From NCBI RefSeq assembly GCF_001194135.2, contig NC_068989.1, positions 24,465,282-24,529,281 of the forward strand: a DNA stretch of 64,000 nucleotides, read 5' to 3'. Under the pieces are notes generated by a model that was given only the letters and a program-made list of their open reading frames with translations, was not told where the DNA came from and made no database searches. Source of the DNA: Octopus bimaculoides (taxonomy: Eukaryota). Of this stretch, positions 1 through 11,999 are shown piece after piece (the stretch's first letter is position 1; each line of letters starts with the position of its first letter). A program made the translations under genes and the position numbers.

Positions 1-3000
1 AACCAAATCTGTGTGAGTGAATTTGGTAGATGGAAACTGAAAATACATATATGTGCATGCGTGTGTGTGTGTATTTGTATCTTTGTGTTCGTTTTAGTCT
101 CCCACCACCCCTTGACAACTGGTATTGGTTTGTTTAGTCCCTGTAACTTAGCAGTTTGGCAAAAAAAAAGACTGTTAGAATAAATACCAGACTTAAAAAA
201 AAATACTGGGGTTGATTCATTCAGTAAAAAATTCTTCAAGGTGGTGCCCCAGCATGGCTGCAGTCTAATGGCTGAAATAAGTAATAGATAAAAGACATTT
301 ATATATATATAAATCATTTTATTACAGCTGTGATGTTGTTATTATAAATTGCACATAATACTGTTAATTTAATGATACCTGTCTATACATTACAGGATTT
401 CTGGCATGAATACTAATAGATATTAACAAAAATAAAATTCTCAAATGAAAATTGTTTTCAGTTCTTCAATTTTTTTTCAATTTCTTGTTTTTGCTGATAA
501 AGCTGGTTGGTAAAAATATTCTTAAAAGTTGGTTGCTGTTTCAAAAAGGCCAAAAGAAAGTAAAATTTTCAAGCTTGCTTCAGTAGTTTCAGTTTTTTTA
601 AGCAAACAACTGTGAGTCCAGTTTAGTCTGAAAAAGACAAATAGAAAGTCAGGTGGATTATATTGTGGATGGGTGTACAGACAACAGAAACAAACTTTTT
701 AGTAGGCACATAACATGCTAGAGATGCTCTCTAATTTCTGTCAAATCACATTCTATTGTCTTAAAAAGGGATGGACACAGTGGATAATGTAGTTCTATAT
801 GCCCTTTCTCTAAATACAAATACAGAATGGGCACAGTTAGTGAACTTCGATCAAGAAGGGCGAAAAAAAAAAAAAAAAGAGAAGCTGCACGTATAACACA
901 TAACTTAGAAGCAGTGCCACAGATGTACCAACACACACAAGATTGAAACATAGCCGACCTCACGCACTTCTCATGAGGAATTCCGGAAGAAGCTTCGTGA
1001 GACCACTACTGAGACGCTTCCGAAAAAACAGAAAACCATTGGAAAACAGTTTATAGCAGAGACTCCATCTAAGAAGATCTGAAGAATGAATTGTAATTCC
1101 GAAATATCATTGGACTATAGATAACCAAATTACAACAGGTATATAGTCCATTTTTTGTTTTACAGTGCATTGTTGTACCATTCTAAACTTTTTATTCTTT
1201 ATAAACTTGAGTTATCAAAAACAACAATAACAACAACAGCTGCTGTTGCTTCCCCTCCTCCTCCTACTACTACTACTACCAGCAGCAGCAGCAGAGCCAA
1301 TGAGAAGCCTTTTAAGTCAGGGGTGGGGAAACCTGTGCCCACAAGCTCATTTTACTGCGCCTGCAGGCTGGTGTACTGGTATGTACAAAATATATAGTAA
1401 ATTTTTCAATTATAAAATTTATTCAATAGGTTGCATTTCTACTACGATTTAAAATGGATAGACTCAAACAGAAAAATCGACTGCTAATTGTCATTTGAAT
1501 GGAAATCTTGCTTTCTCTATAAAACATATATTACTAGGTTTGTACCATCCACTTGAGAACCAACTACATTAGCTGAAGAACATAGAATACCTCATAAGTA
1601 ATATAAATGCCCTAAATTCAGTGACAGCGTTAATGAAGATGTTACACATTAATTTAATGTGCTAAACTTATCTTTATTAATGTATATATACATAGATACA
1701 TACAAGATTTACACAGATATAAGATTTAGAACTTGTGATCTGCCCAAGAACCTTTTACTTTGGAAATTTTTGCCTGCTGCACTAAACAATTTCCCCACCT
1801 CTGCTTTAAGTGGTCACACTATCTGCTAAAAGTAACAGTCAAATCTTCCTCTAAATACATTCTGCTGTTCTTTTTTGTTTTCTTTTAGAAAAGGAAGAAC
1901 ATGTATAATGCTGTAAAATGTCTGAAACAGCCCCCCCCCACCAAAGAAAAGGATTAATGAAACAAGTTTTGATTATGTGCCTGTTGGATCAGGAGGTGAA
2001 CTGGAGTTAATAAAATAACTGCAGATCACACTTAGTTGTTCAACTCACTATCTACATGCACCATAGGCTTGTCCAATAACATTTGACTCGGGATGATCCT
2101 ACTGCAGTCGCTGCTACTACTACTACTGCTATATAATTATAATAATAATAATAATAATAATTTCAAATTTTGACACAAGGCCAGTAATTTCAGGGAAGAG
2201 GTAAGTCAATTACATCAACTCCAGTGCTCAACTGGTACTTATTTTATCGACCCTGAAAGTATGAAAAGCAAAGTCGATTTTGGCAGGCGGTGAGTCTACA
2301 CTCTGTATTTACATGCATAGTTCATGTGGTTTCTGGTTCAATTCTACAATGCAGCACCTTGGGTAAGTGTCTTCTACTATGGCCTTGGGCTATAGTAGAA
2401 GCTTTGTGAGTGAATTTGCTCACCTATCTCATCATCCTTTCAACAAATTTGCAGTAAAGTAGAAATTCCCTCTTCACTATTACTTTCCTTTTCAAGTAAA
2501 ACTTGAAAAAGTTGATGTGGGCTTGGCCAAAGTGGAAAATGTCTGTGTCTTTCAAGCCCATTCAGTCTTGTCTACCACACAACCTCTTCCATCAAGTGGA
2601 AGTGAATTTGGTAAAAGAAACTGAAAGAAGCTTGTCTCTCTCTCTCTCACACACATATGTCTGCATGTGTTTATGTGTGTGTGCTCATGTTTCCTTGTCT
2701 TGATATTTTGTAACAGTTGAAAACAAATGTCACATTCATTGAACTAGTGCCTTTTTTTATCCCCAATATTCCATGAAAACATATTCAGCATGAAGAAAAT
2801 ATTATCTTACTTAGAAACAATTGAGGTATCATGAAGAGCAAATGGCCATAGAAAATCTGCTTTGGAAAAAGTGAATGTTAAAAATGATATTGTGTGTGTG
2901 AATATGTGTATGTTTGTATCCCTTGTTTTAACATAATAGTTGTAAATACATATCAATGTCATAAAAACGGTGTCATTCATTTCCAATCTTCTGGGGAAAA

Positions 3001-3523
3001 TGTCTGGCCCTGGGGAAATATGAACCTGTTTAGAGACAGGTGAAGGTTGGTGACAGGATGAGCATCTGGCCATATAAATTTTGCTTCAATGAATTCTGTC
3101 TGACCCATGCAAACATAGAAAAGTGGATATCAAAATAATGACGAGTCATATCAATGAAAAGATAGCAGTCTACATATGGTCATGTGAAAACAGCCAATGA
3201 AAAGAGGAATTTCAAGATATGTACTATGTGGGGTAAAACTGAAAAAATTCTGAAATGATAATCAAAACTCTCTCAAATCCTATTCTTAGTAGTGCTTTTC
3301 TTTCTCTTTTTTAAAAAATTGGTCAGAAGCCTATTTTGGGTCATATAGTTTGAGATACTCTATGTCTGAAAAGATGGTGTGGCCATGGTTAGAATGCCCT
3401 TGATCATAGATCTGTCTGATCAGAACTTGACTTGTGACTGAAGAATGATTGAAAGCTTAACAAGCATATGAAGGTTAAAATGGCTGATAGAAACACTCCA
3501 AATGATAAAAACAATTCTCTTAC

Positions 3524-3695
3524 GTTTTTCTTGATTCTCTGTCTGTGTTATATCATTGAAATTGGTCCCTATTGACACAGTGATGTGCGGGATTGATTGC
3601 TTACTGCTAGTACAGTTGAGTTGCATAGTGCTGGGTGTTATCATTGGTAAAATGTTCTCTGACACATTGGTTTGACTTGAAATTAGGGAATTGCA
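3524..3695 (-). CDS. LRRC9: putative LRRC9 C-terminal exon
   Basis: strong polypyrimidine acceptor (cttcttccag), gtaaga donor; 172 nt open in phase 0: CNSLISSQTNVSENILPMITPSTMQLNCTSSKQSIPHITVSIGTNFNDITQTENQEK. Confidence 0.6.
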
Positions 3696-5280
3696 CTGGA
3701 AGAAGCAAGGGTAAGAAATTTATCATCAATCAATGATGCCCCATTTACTTACTGAGCCTGAAGCTCAAACCTCAAAGCTTAAAGCCAGAGTCCAAAGTCC
3801 AAAACTCAAGCCCACCTGATGCATCCATTTCATGCTCTCGTATCACACTTACTACTCTTAACTCTTCATCCTATGACACAAAACACTCCACTTAATATTT
3901 TTTATTCTTTGCTCTCTTTAACTTTATCTGGAACTGCAAGCTCTTTGGAACTACGTAACCAACTCCATGTTACTCATTTACTTGTTTCAGTCATTTGACT
4001 GGCCATGCTGGAGCACCGCCTTTAGTCGAGCAAATCGACCCCAGGACTTATTCTTTGTAAGCCTAGTACTTATTTTATCAGTCTGTCTTGCTGAACCGCT
4101 AAGTTACAGGGACATAAACACACCAGCATCAGTTGTCAAGCAATGTTGCGGGGACAAACACAAACACACACATACATATATACATATATACGACGGGTTT
4201 CTGTCTATCAAATCCACTCACAAGGCTTTGGTCAGCCTGAGGCTATAGTAGAAGACACTTGCCGAAGGTGCCATGTAGTGGGACTGAACCCAGAACCATG
4301 TGGTTGGTAAGCAAGCTACCAACCACACAGCCACTCCTGTAATTAAAACAAAAATGAGTTAAGAAAAATAATTCAGTGATCAGTGGTTTGAATTTCATTA
4401 CTCTGTGCATATCTTGGACAAACCCAGCTGAAAGCACTTTCATCAGGTTATCTGATGGATATGCAGTCAGCCTGTTGAGATTATCTTAAACTGGCAATGT
4501 CTCCCAGTATACTAAATATACAACATAAATTCTTAATTTATTGAAATTATCTTTGCTCTGAGAAATAGTAAATAAACACCAGGTGGCAGTTGCAACCAAG
4601 TCTGAATAAGAGGAGAGATAGTTTCAAGAATCAAGAATTCTCTAGAACTGATTGATATGCTATATTGGAAAAGGCAGCCTGTTTTCCATTTTGTTTTCCT
4701 GACACATTAGGACAACTGTGGACATATGATTCTACCTCAGTAGATGCCTATATTTTCCTTGCAGGCATCAACCAAGTGGAAATTCAAACTGAATATCAAC
4801 TGCATTGATTTCAACAGTGTGGAAAGGTCTGCAGAGGGCATGGACAATGGGTACAGTTTCTCTTCCCAGGACTAAAATGTCAAAGGAAAGAATAGAATTT
4901 TTAAAAATCCATCTCATCTATTAATTGAATATCTTTTTCATTGGACTCATGACAAAGAAATTATTATATTGAGTGTATATGATCAATATAATTGAGGGAT
5001 ACAATCAATTATATTGATCTCAATACATGGTCAGCATTTATTCTATGGTGCTACAGGAAGTTAGTATAAATTTGGGTTTTGATTGAACTTACAAGAGTGA
5101 GATACTTAATTAGTGTCTTGTTTTATTGATTAACTCCCCTATCTATCAATCCTCATTTGCAACTGATATTAGATTGTAAGCAGTGCAGGAGTACCCTTAA
5201 ACTATTGTTCTCTGGTTAACAAAGGCAAAGATGAGCAGATCATCTTTTGGCTGTTTTAGCAGCAAATATTCCAGCTATTT

Positions 5281-5620
5281 ATATTATTTACATTTGACGG
5301 ATATTTGTCCTCATCTTGTTTGTTGTTAACACAACGTTTCGGTTGATATACCCTCCAGCCTTCATCAGGTGTTTTGGGGAAATTTCGAACCTGGGTTCTC
5401 ATTCCTAAGGTAGTTTTCGATGTTGTTATTATTATTATTATTATTCTTATTCTTATTATTATCATCATTATTCAGGTCACTGCCTGGAATCGAACTTGGA
5501 ATCTTGGGGTTAGTAGCCTGCGCTCTTAACCACTATGCCATATGCCCGTGTGCATAAACGTGTTAACAACAAACAAAATGAGGACAAATGTCTGTCAATT
5601 GCAAATAATGTAAATAATTC
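5281..5620 (-). mobile_element. tRNA-headed SINE-like element with HHR and inverted terminal copy
   Basis: minus strand: Pol III A box TGGCATAGTGG (5540-5530), B box GTTCGATTCC (~5494-5485), (AAT)n spacer, HHR, tail 5332-5281; tail repeated inverted at ~5560-5620. Confidence 0.75.
5328..5373 (-). ncRNA. minimal type I hammerhead ribozyme motif
   Basis: AACAC-CTGATGA-A-GGCTG gagggtatat CAACC-GAA-ACGT-T-GTGTT: 5-bp helix I, helix II with one mismatch, loopless palindromic helix III (ACGT) of the dimer-type minimal HHRs known from PLEs; GUU triplet; one extra A after the core. Confidence 0.72.
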
Positions 5621-5724
5621 CTCATCTCTTAAATATAGAACTGAAATATTTCAGCTGTTTAATTGGCTGAATTGTCAACACATTGAATTGTAGGGTAAAG
5701 TAGCTGGGTATTCCATAGACATAC

Positions 5725-5835
5725 GTATCCTTCATGTAATCCTCTGGCAGCTTCCATTTCCCTAATTTTGCCCTCAAATCTGGGGGATTGAATCTGAGAC
5801 TGTGGTAGAAGGAACTTGTCCAAGATACCATGCAA
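5725..5835 (-). CDS. LRRC9: putative LRRC9 C-terminal exon
   Basis: tttacag acceptor in phase 0; open LHGILDKFLLPQSQIQSPRFEGKIREMEAARGLHEGY; AC|gtatgt donor, or read-through to a stop at 5659; no recognisable homology. Confidence 0.4.
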
Positions 5836-6116
5836 CTGTAAAGCAAACTTCTTTACCACTCATTCATGCTTGCAGGGTACACACACAAATACACACTTCC
5901 TTTGGTTTTTTTCTATTCTTTCACTGCCTTGTATAGTGCTGCTCCTAGTGCACCACCATTACATCTCTCATTTTCCTCAAACACCACATCTGCTGCTCTC
6001 TACCCCCACCTATGTTTGCAACCTATTCAACCACATATCATCATCATCATCATTATCTCTCATCCTGCCCCTGTCAGCTGTATCATCATTACTATTCAGT
6101 TACTTTTCACCCTTGA

Positions 6117-6360
6117 GTGGAGGCGCAATGGCCCAGTGGCTAGGGCAGCGGACTTGCGGTCATAGGATCACGGTTTCGATTCCCAGACTGGGCATTGTGA
6201 GTGTTTATTTGAGCGAAAACACCTAAAGCTCCACGAGGCTCTGGCAGGGGATGGTGGCGAACCCTGCTGTACTCTTTCACCACAACTTTTTCATCCCTCT
6301 TTCTTCCTGTTTCTGTTGTGCCTGTAATTCAAAGGGTCAGCCTTGTCACACTGTGTCACG
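6117..6360 (+). mobile_element. tRNA-derived SINE, family A (cut by N gap)
   Basis: matches the 5' 240 nt of 60186-60569. Confidence 0.9.
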
Positions 6361-7090
6361 NNNNNNNNNNNNNNNNNNNNNNNNNNNNNNNNNNNNNNNN
6401 NNNNNNNNNNNNNNNNNNNNNNNNNNNNNNNNNNNNNNNNNNNNNNNNNNNNNNNNNNNNNNNNNNNNNNNNNNNNNNNNNNNNNNNNNNNNNNNNNNNN
6501 NNNNNNNNNNNNNNNNNNNNNNNNNNNNNNNNNNNNNNNNNNNNNNNNNNNNNNNNNNNNNNNNNCCTTACATCTCTTACTTATCATCCATGCAACACTT
6601 GCTCTTATATTCGTTGCCTCACCCATTCCCAATCTCTCCCTCTCTTATACACTCTTGCAACCTTTACCCACTCTGCACCTCTAGTTCTTTTGCCCCTGTT
6701 CACTTCTACTGATCTTGTATCTTAAGGGTTCACACAGACTCCACGTCACCACTATTTTTATCTCTTCAAAAATGTTAGTAGCCATATAGCTCCTCTACAG
6801 CAAGAAACTTGTTCTGTTCTGGCTTCAACTCATACTTTAACCCCTCATCTCCAAGCATAAAGCTGCTCTTTCTAGGGATTCATGGTTGTGCAAGCTGGCA
6901 TGACAACCTTACTAATGCTGGTGGCACAAAAACAGCACCCAATGCAAACTGTGACAAAGTAGACACTGAAGTAGGATTTGGGATTTTGTCAAACCATCCA
7001 ACCCATGCCAACATGGAAGAAGGATGTTAAATGATGATGATGATGATGATGATGTCTTCTTATTTCATTGATTACAACATTTATAAATAC

Positions 7091-7222
7091 CTGTCCAATT
7101 CGTTCCATGAAATATGCCTCAGCTTTGATGCGATCTTCTTCGGTAATGACATTTCCATTTATGGCAGTCAGCATTGGGGATTGGCTAATCAAAATATGTC
7201 GCATTTGTGGCTTTTTAGAGAT
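7091..7222 (-). CDS. LRRC9: LRRC9 exon (final LRRcap)
   Basis: ttttag/gtattt; 132 nt ISKKPQMRHILISQSPMLTAINGNVITEEDRIKAEAYF..., resembling LRRC9 RHMLIFRLPNLQMLDG...DRAKAE. Confidence 0.9.
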
Positions 7223-7884
7223 CTAAAAATAAGATATAGGTGATAGCTTACTAAATGTTACATATTTATGTTTTCTTTCAAATTTGAAATGAGATCAATG
7301 TGAACTAATGTCAAAATACAGACAAACAGAAAATGACATAAACATTAAGAAAAACTGGTTTTGTTTTGCTGATTCTTATAAATATTAAATCTTTCAAGTT
7401 TGATTAACTCAATCATCAACTTACTGTGATGGTCATTAACAAATCCTGTGTAGATTCTATCTGGCTACATATTGAACAAGTGATTACAGTAATAGTATGG
7501 CAGTGGTTACTGTTGTGAGTGTGGTAGTAATTTCTGTAGTGGCTGTAATTGTCATGTAATGACTGTAGCTGTGATGTAGTGGCTCTAGTGATTGTTATAG
7601 TAGTTATTGTGGCAGAGTGGTAGTTGGAGTGGAATAGTGTTGATTGTAGTTGAGTGGTAGTGGAAGTAGTAGTTGTCTTAGCGAGATAGTAGTGGTAGTG
7701 TGACAATGGCTGTAATTATTGTTGTAATAGTTTTGTGGTCATTGTAGAAGTTATTGTGGTAGTGTCTCTAGTAGTTGTTGTAGTAGCTTGGTGTTAAGTG
7801 TAGTAATTATTGTTGTTGTGTCTATATTAGTGAGGTAGTAGCAGAGCAGCAGTTGTGAGTTTGTGTCTATAGTGTTATTGTAGT

Positions 7885-8330
7885 GGTTAAGTGCCAAACA
7901 GTTACACATTGCACAAGTCAGGTGGGGAGGCCACCATGTTTAAATGCCTGAGATTGTTTTACAGTGAACTAGCAGAAGGTAAGCGTATGCAAGGTGAACA
8001 GAAAAAGCATTTCAAGGACACACTCAAAGCCTCACTGAAAAGCCTTGAGATCAACTCTGACATCTGGAAAATGCAAGTGTAAGACGACCCTGCCTGGCAA
8101 AGCTGCACCGTTAGAGGTGTCAGTCACCCCCTATGAACAGAACAGGATTGCAGGGGCACAAAGAAAATGTGATAAGGAACACAAGTCCAGAGCCAACTCC
8201 TCACCTTCATTTCCAGGAGACCACCAGTGCCCAGCCTATGGCAGAGCCTTCTGAGCATGTACAGGACACACTGTGCTCCATCTTCTTCTCCCATGTGATG
8301 TCCTTGGTCATTGTTGAAAACAACAGATGA
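7885..8330 (+). mobile_element. RTE/BovB-like LINE 3' end
   Basis: LFYSELAEGKRMQGEQKKHFKDTLKASLKSLEI...W, followed by a CP..C-like zinc-knuckle remnant. Confidence 0.8.
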
Positions 8331-8863
8331 ACTATGATGGTAGTGGCTGTATTCTTATATAAGACTGACTGTGTAATGGTGTCTGTAATATTGTGCCAGT
8401 AACTATATGTTTATGATTATTATTATTGTTGTTATCAAACAAAAATGAATCCCTAAAGGAAAATTGTTTATGTCTAAATACAAGGTTATCACCATTTCAC
8501 ACATGCTTGGGGTATATTCAAATCCTTAAGAAAGCCATTCACTGTGTCTCGTCATGGAGAAAATTTCTTGCTGTAGACAAATGGTATAAATACACCAAAA
8601 TCAGTTTGCAAAGCCACCTACCCAGACTGTGAATTGCCTCTTCAGTCACAAAAACCTGACAGGATGTGCTGTGTGCTGATAGAAGAGATTGTCTCTCTTA
8701 TGATATTCCTGTCATCAGACAATGACTGGTAGCCCTAACAGGCAGCTGACCGAAAACAAATTACAGGGTGGCAGTGCTAAGTAGGAATGTGTATAAATAC
8801 AAAGTTATCTTGAACACAATTTGTTTTTGTCTGTCCTTGCACACAATCTGTGCTTGATGAATG

Positions 8864-9285
8864 TGTAGGGAAGTGGTTATACACCATTAGGTGTACACCG
8901 CTTCCGTACATTAAATTTCTAGAAGAAACAACGGAATGCAGATTCTGAACACCATAACAATATTTATTTACAGTGGAATTCAGTTCACGCTTGGAGGGAA
9001 TTCGGTAGCTCGTCGCCCCCGGTTACTGAGACGCCTTCTGAATGATTTCCGTGGTTATTTGTGAAGCTCTGGTGCTGACATGTGAGAGAGCTCTGTTGGA
9101 CGTCTTGGCTCGACGGAGATCAGTCAACGAAGAGACTGAGAAAAGGCGCCAAAGCTGGGTGTCGAACTCTACGCATGCGCATGAGACTCTTCCTGTATTC
9201 CTTCCGGAACTAGTCCCTGCGCATGCGTGGATAAAACTCCGGACATTGAACATATAACAGTCATCTGCTATAAGTTGTCACTACA
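8864..9285. mobile_element. solo LTR (probably Gypsy-type)
   Basis: TGTAG...CTACA termini; 4-bp TSD AATG (8860-63 and 9286-89); more GC/CpG-rich than flanks. Confidence 0.8.
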
Positions 9286-11139
9286 AATGTCTCCCTTTCA
9301 ACTCATCTTGCTAATCCCTTGCCCTTCACACATGTTTACCATCCACTGCATTCTCCTCTCCATTATTTCCAACTTGCCTTTCACACTCTTGTGAATTTAC
9401 CTGCTCACTCACCCTATCCAATCCTCTTCACTTATATTCATCTCCCTGTAACTTGAGAGGATGCACCCAAAACATCCTCATCACTACTTTCTCTCACTCA
9501 CTTTTCAAACAGGAGTGGACATGTTTCTCCTCTAGAGCAAGGCACTTGTTTCTCTCTCTCTATCATACTTTAAACTCTCGTTGACTGACACAAACCTACC
9601 TCCCTCAATACTGTTCCCTGCCATTCAGATGAATGGTCTTTGTCTTGCAAGTTATTCAATGACCTTGCTGGCGCTGGTACTGTGTAGAAAGCACTCAGCA
9701 CACTCTATAAAGTGGTTGACATTAGGAAAGGCATCCAGCTAAAGAAACCATGCCAAAGTAGATAGTAGAGCTTGGTGCAGACCTGTAGCTCACCAGTTCT
9801 AGTCAAACTGTCCAATCCCTACCAGCTTGGAATATGGATGTTAGATGGTGATGATGATGGTGGTGGTGATGTAGACATTCTAGTAGGATACACGACCATT
9901 CTCTCAGTTCTTTTTTTCAAGGAAAGCATATCATGTACTACATTATACAACATGTACTTCCTTTTAAAGATGATAGTGTTAAATGAAGCAGATTTGGCTA
10001 CTATTTCTAGCAGGTCAACTGAAAATGTAATTGCTGTAGCATATTTATTATATTTGTTGGAGTTTGGCAGCATTGGTAGAGCAGTAGATATTTAGTTACA
10101 TAGAGTAGTATTTAGTTAGATCCTCTTGGGTTTCTGAGTTCAAATCTCACTGAAGCCAACTTTGTTATTCGTAATTTTGAGGGTTGATAAAATAAAGTTC
10201 TAGCTGTGGCATTGTGTCTATTTTAATATCAATATTTGTTATTCATACAAATTAAAGTTAGGCATACATGTTGGTCATATAAATTAGTTGTATATGTTAC
10301 TCATATATGTTGGTCACATACATTAGCTATATATATATTGGTCATATGTTTGTCATATAAGTTGATCATATGCATGAGTCATAAAAACAGGTCATATATC
10401 AACAACATCATCATCATCATCGTTTAACGTCCACTTTCCATGCTAGCATGGGTTGGATGGTTTGACTGAGGACTGGTGAACCAGATGGCTGCACCAGGGT
10501 CCAATCTGATCTGGCAGAATTTCTACAGCTGGATGCCCTTCCTAATGCCAACCACTCCGAGAGTGTAGTAGGTGCTTTTACGTGCCACCGGCACGAGGGC
10601 CAGTCAGGTGGTACTGGCAACAGCCATGCTCAAATGGTGTTTTTCACGTGCCACCTGCACAGGAGCCAGTCCAGCGGCACTGGTAACGACCTTGCTCGAA
10701 TGTTTTTTCACGTGAATCATATAATATATATGACTAACATAGACATGAATCATATAAATTGGTCACATACATTAGGTGTATATATTAATCATATGTTTGT
10801 CATATAAGTTGATCATAGGTATGAATCATATGAACTGGTCAAATGTTTAAACATAATGGTTATATATGTTGTTCATGGAAATTGGCTACATATGTTAGTC
10901 ACATAAGTTGGTCACAAACACCATGCATATGTGTTGGTCATATATTACATAATACGTAAGTTGGTCATATATACATGCGCATACCATCATGTATGTGTGC
11001 ATATGTACATACATATATACACGTGTGCTTACATAATTACATATGTAATTATGTGTATGCATGCATGCATAAACATAGATGTGTGTACGTATGTAAATCA
11101 TATATAAATTTATAACATCATTTAATTTCTAATACTCAC

Positions 11140-11208
11140 AGAGTTATTAGCAAGTGAGATTTCTGTTAAGGATTCTAAGGATTTCAGATGTTCCAATTCT
11201 TGAACTTC
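11140..11208 (-). CDS. LRRC9: LRRC9 exon (LRR)
   Basis: tttcag/gtgagt; 69 nt EVQELEHLKSLESLTEISLANNS. Confidence 0.9.
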
Positions 11209-11256
11209 CTGAAAATAAAAAGGAAAGAAACAAAGTATATGTGTGTGCATGTATGT

Positions 11257-11315
<59 letters not shown>

Positions 11316-11495
11316 CATGCACACATTCAATTAGTGGTTAAATTAACCTCATTAAGGGATGGTATCATTCAATGAATTACTGGTTCAGTACCTAATATTT
11401 GTTGTGAATAATAATATTCATAAAACAATAGATTTATATATAAATCATGTTTTATAATCACTCAAAAGAAAGTAAGAAAATGGAGATATCTATAC

Positions 11496-11999
11496 CCGTG
11501 ATTCCCAAACTTTTTAGAGACGCGACTCACTATTTATGACACCAGTTTATGGCGACCCACTTAACTCTACTGGGTAAAAACATTAATGAAAGAAACAAAT
11601 TTATTTCAGATTACATTTTCATTGAGGCGTTTTTTTATAACTATTTCAACGTCTCCATACCCTATGGGCAGGTATTAACTCTAATACAAAACCTCGAAGT
11701 AGTAACTGTTATTGGCTAGATCAGTGTTGTACGGCGCCTAGTTAAAGTTCTCTATAAATAGGTAAAAACAGACTTTTCCTTTTTACAATTACGTATGAAT
11801 AAATAACTTGAGAAAATGACCACCTCTGATTTGTTAAGTTCGTGAAAAAAGCCTACTGCTTGATAAAACAACCAGTCTGGTATTGAAAACATGAGTCTTG
11901 AACTATCTCGATAGACAGCAGTTAATCAAAGCTAATGCGTAATTTTATAACTTTTTGTGACCCATCAGTGGGTCGCGACTCATAGTTTGGGAACCACTG
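11496..11999. mobile_element. non-autonomous hAT element
   Basis: TIRs C(C/A)GTG(A/G)TTCCCAAACT; exact 8-bp TSD ATCTATAC (11488-95 and 12000-07). Confidence 0.92.

Noticed and set aside
395-440. Possible terminal exon of a plus-strand gene (acattacag|G ATT TCT GGC ATG...TAA, then AATAAA)
   Set aside because: About 10 codons only, indistinguishable from chance in AT-rich DNA.
788-1134. Second solo LTR (TGTAG...TACA)
   Set aside because: The flanks (ATAA vs ACAG) give no TSD, and motif similarity to 8864-9285 is short and of mixed orientation.
1246-1452. Signal-peptide-like ORF MLPLLLLLLLLPAAAAEP
   Set aside because: It derives from CCT/ACT/GCA triplet repeats plus a hAT TIR-like fragment (CAGGGGTGGGGAAAC), starts at TTG, and has no splice support.
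4755-4890. Exon-like segment (good acceptor on either strand, short open frames)
   Set aside because: No recognisable homology and no phase-consistent partner; cannot be assigned to LRRC9 or to an antisense gene.
5476-5547. Stand-alone tRNA gene
   Set aside because: A and B boxes are present, but the acceptor stem does not pair and the sequence runs into a repeat body; treated as a tRNA-derived head. The same applies to the SINE A and B heads.
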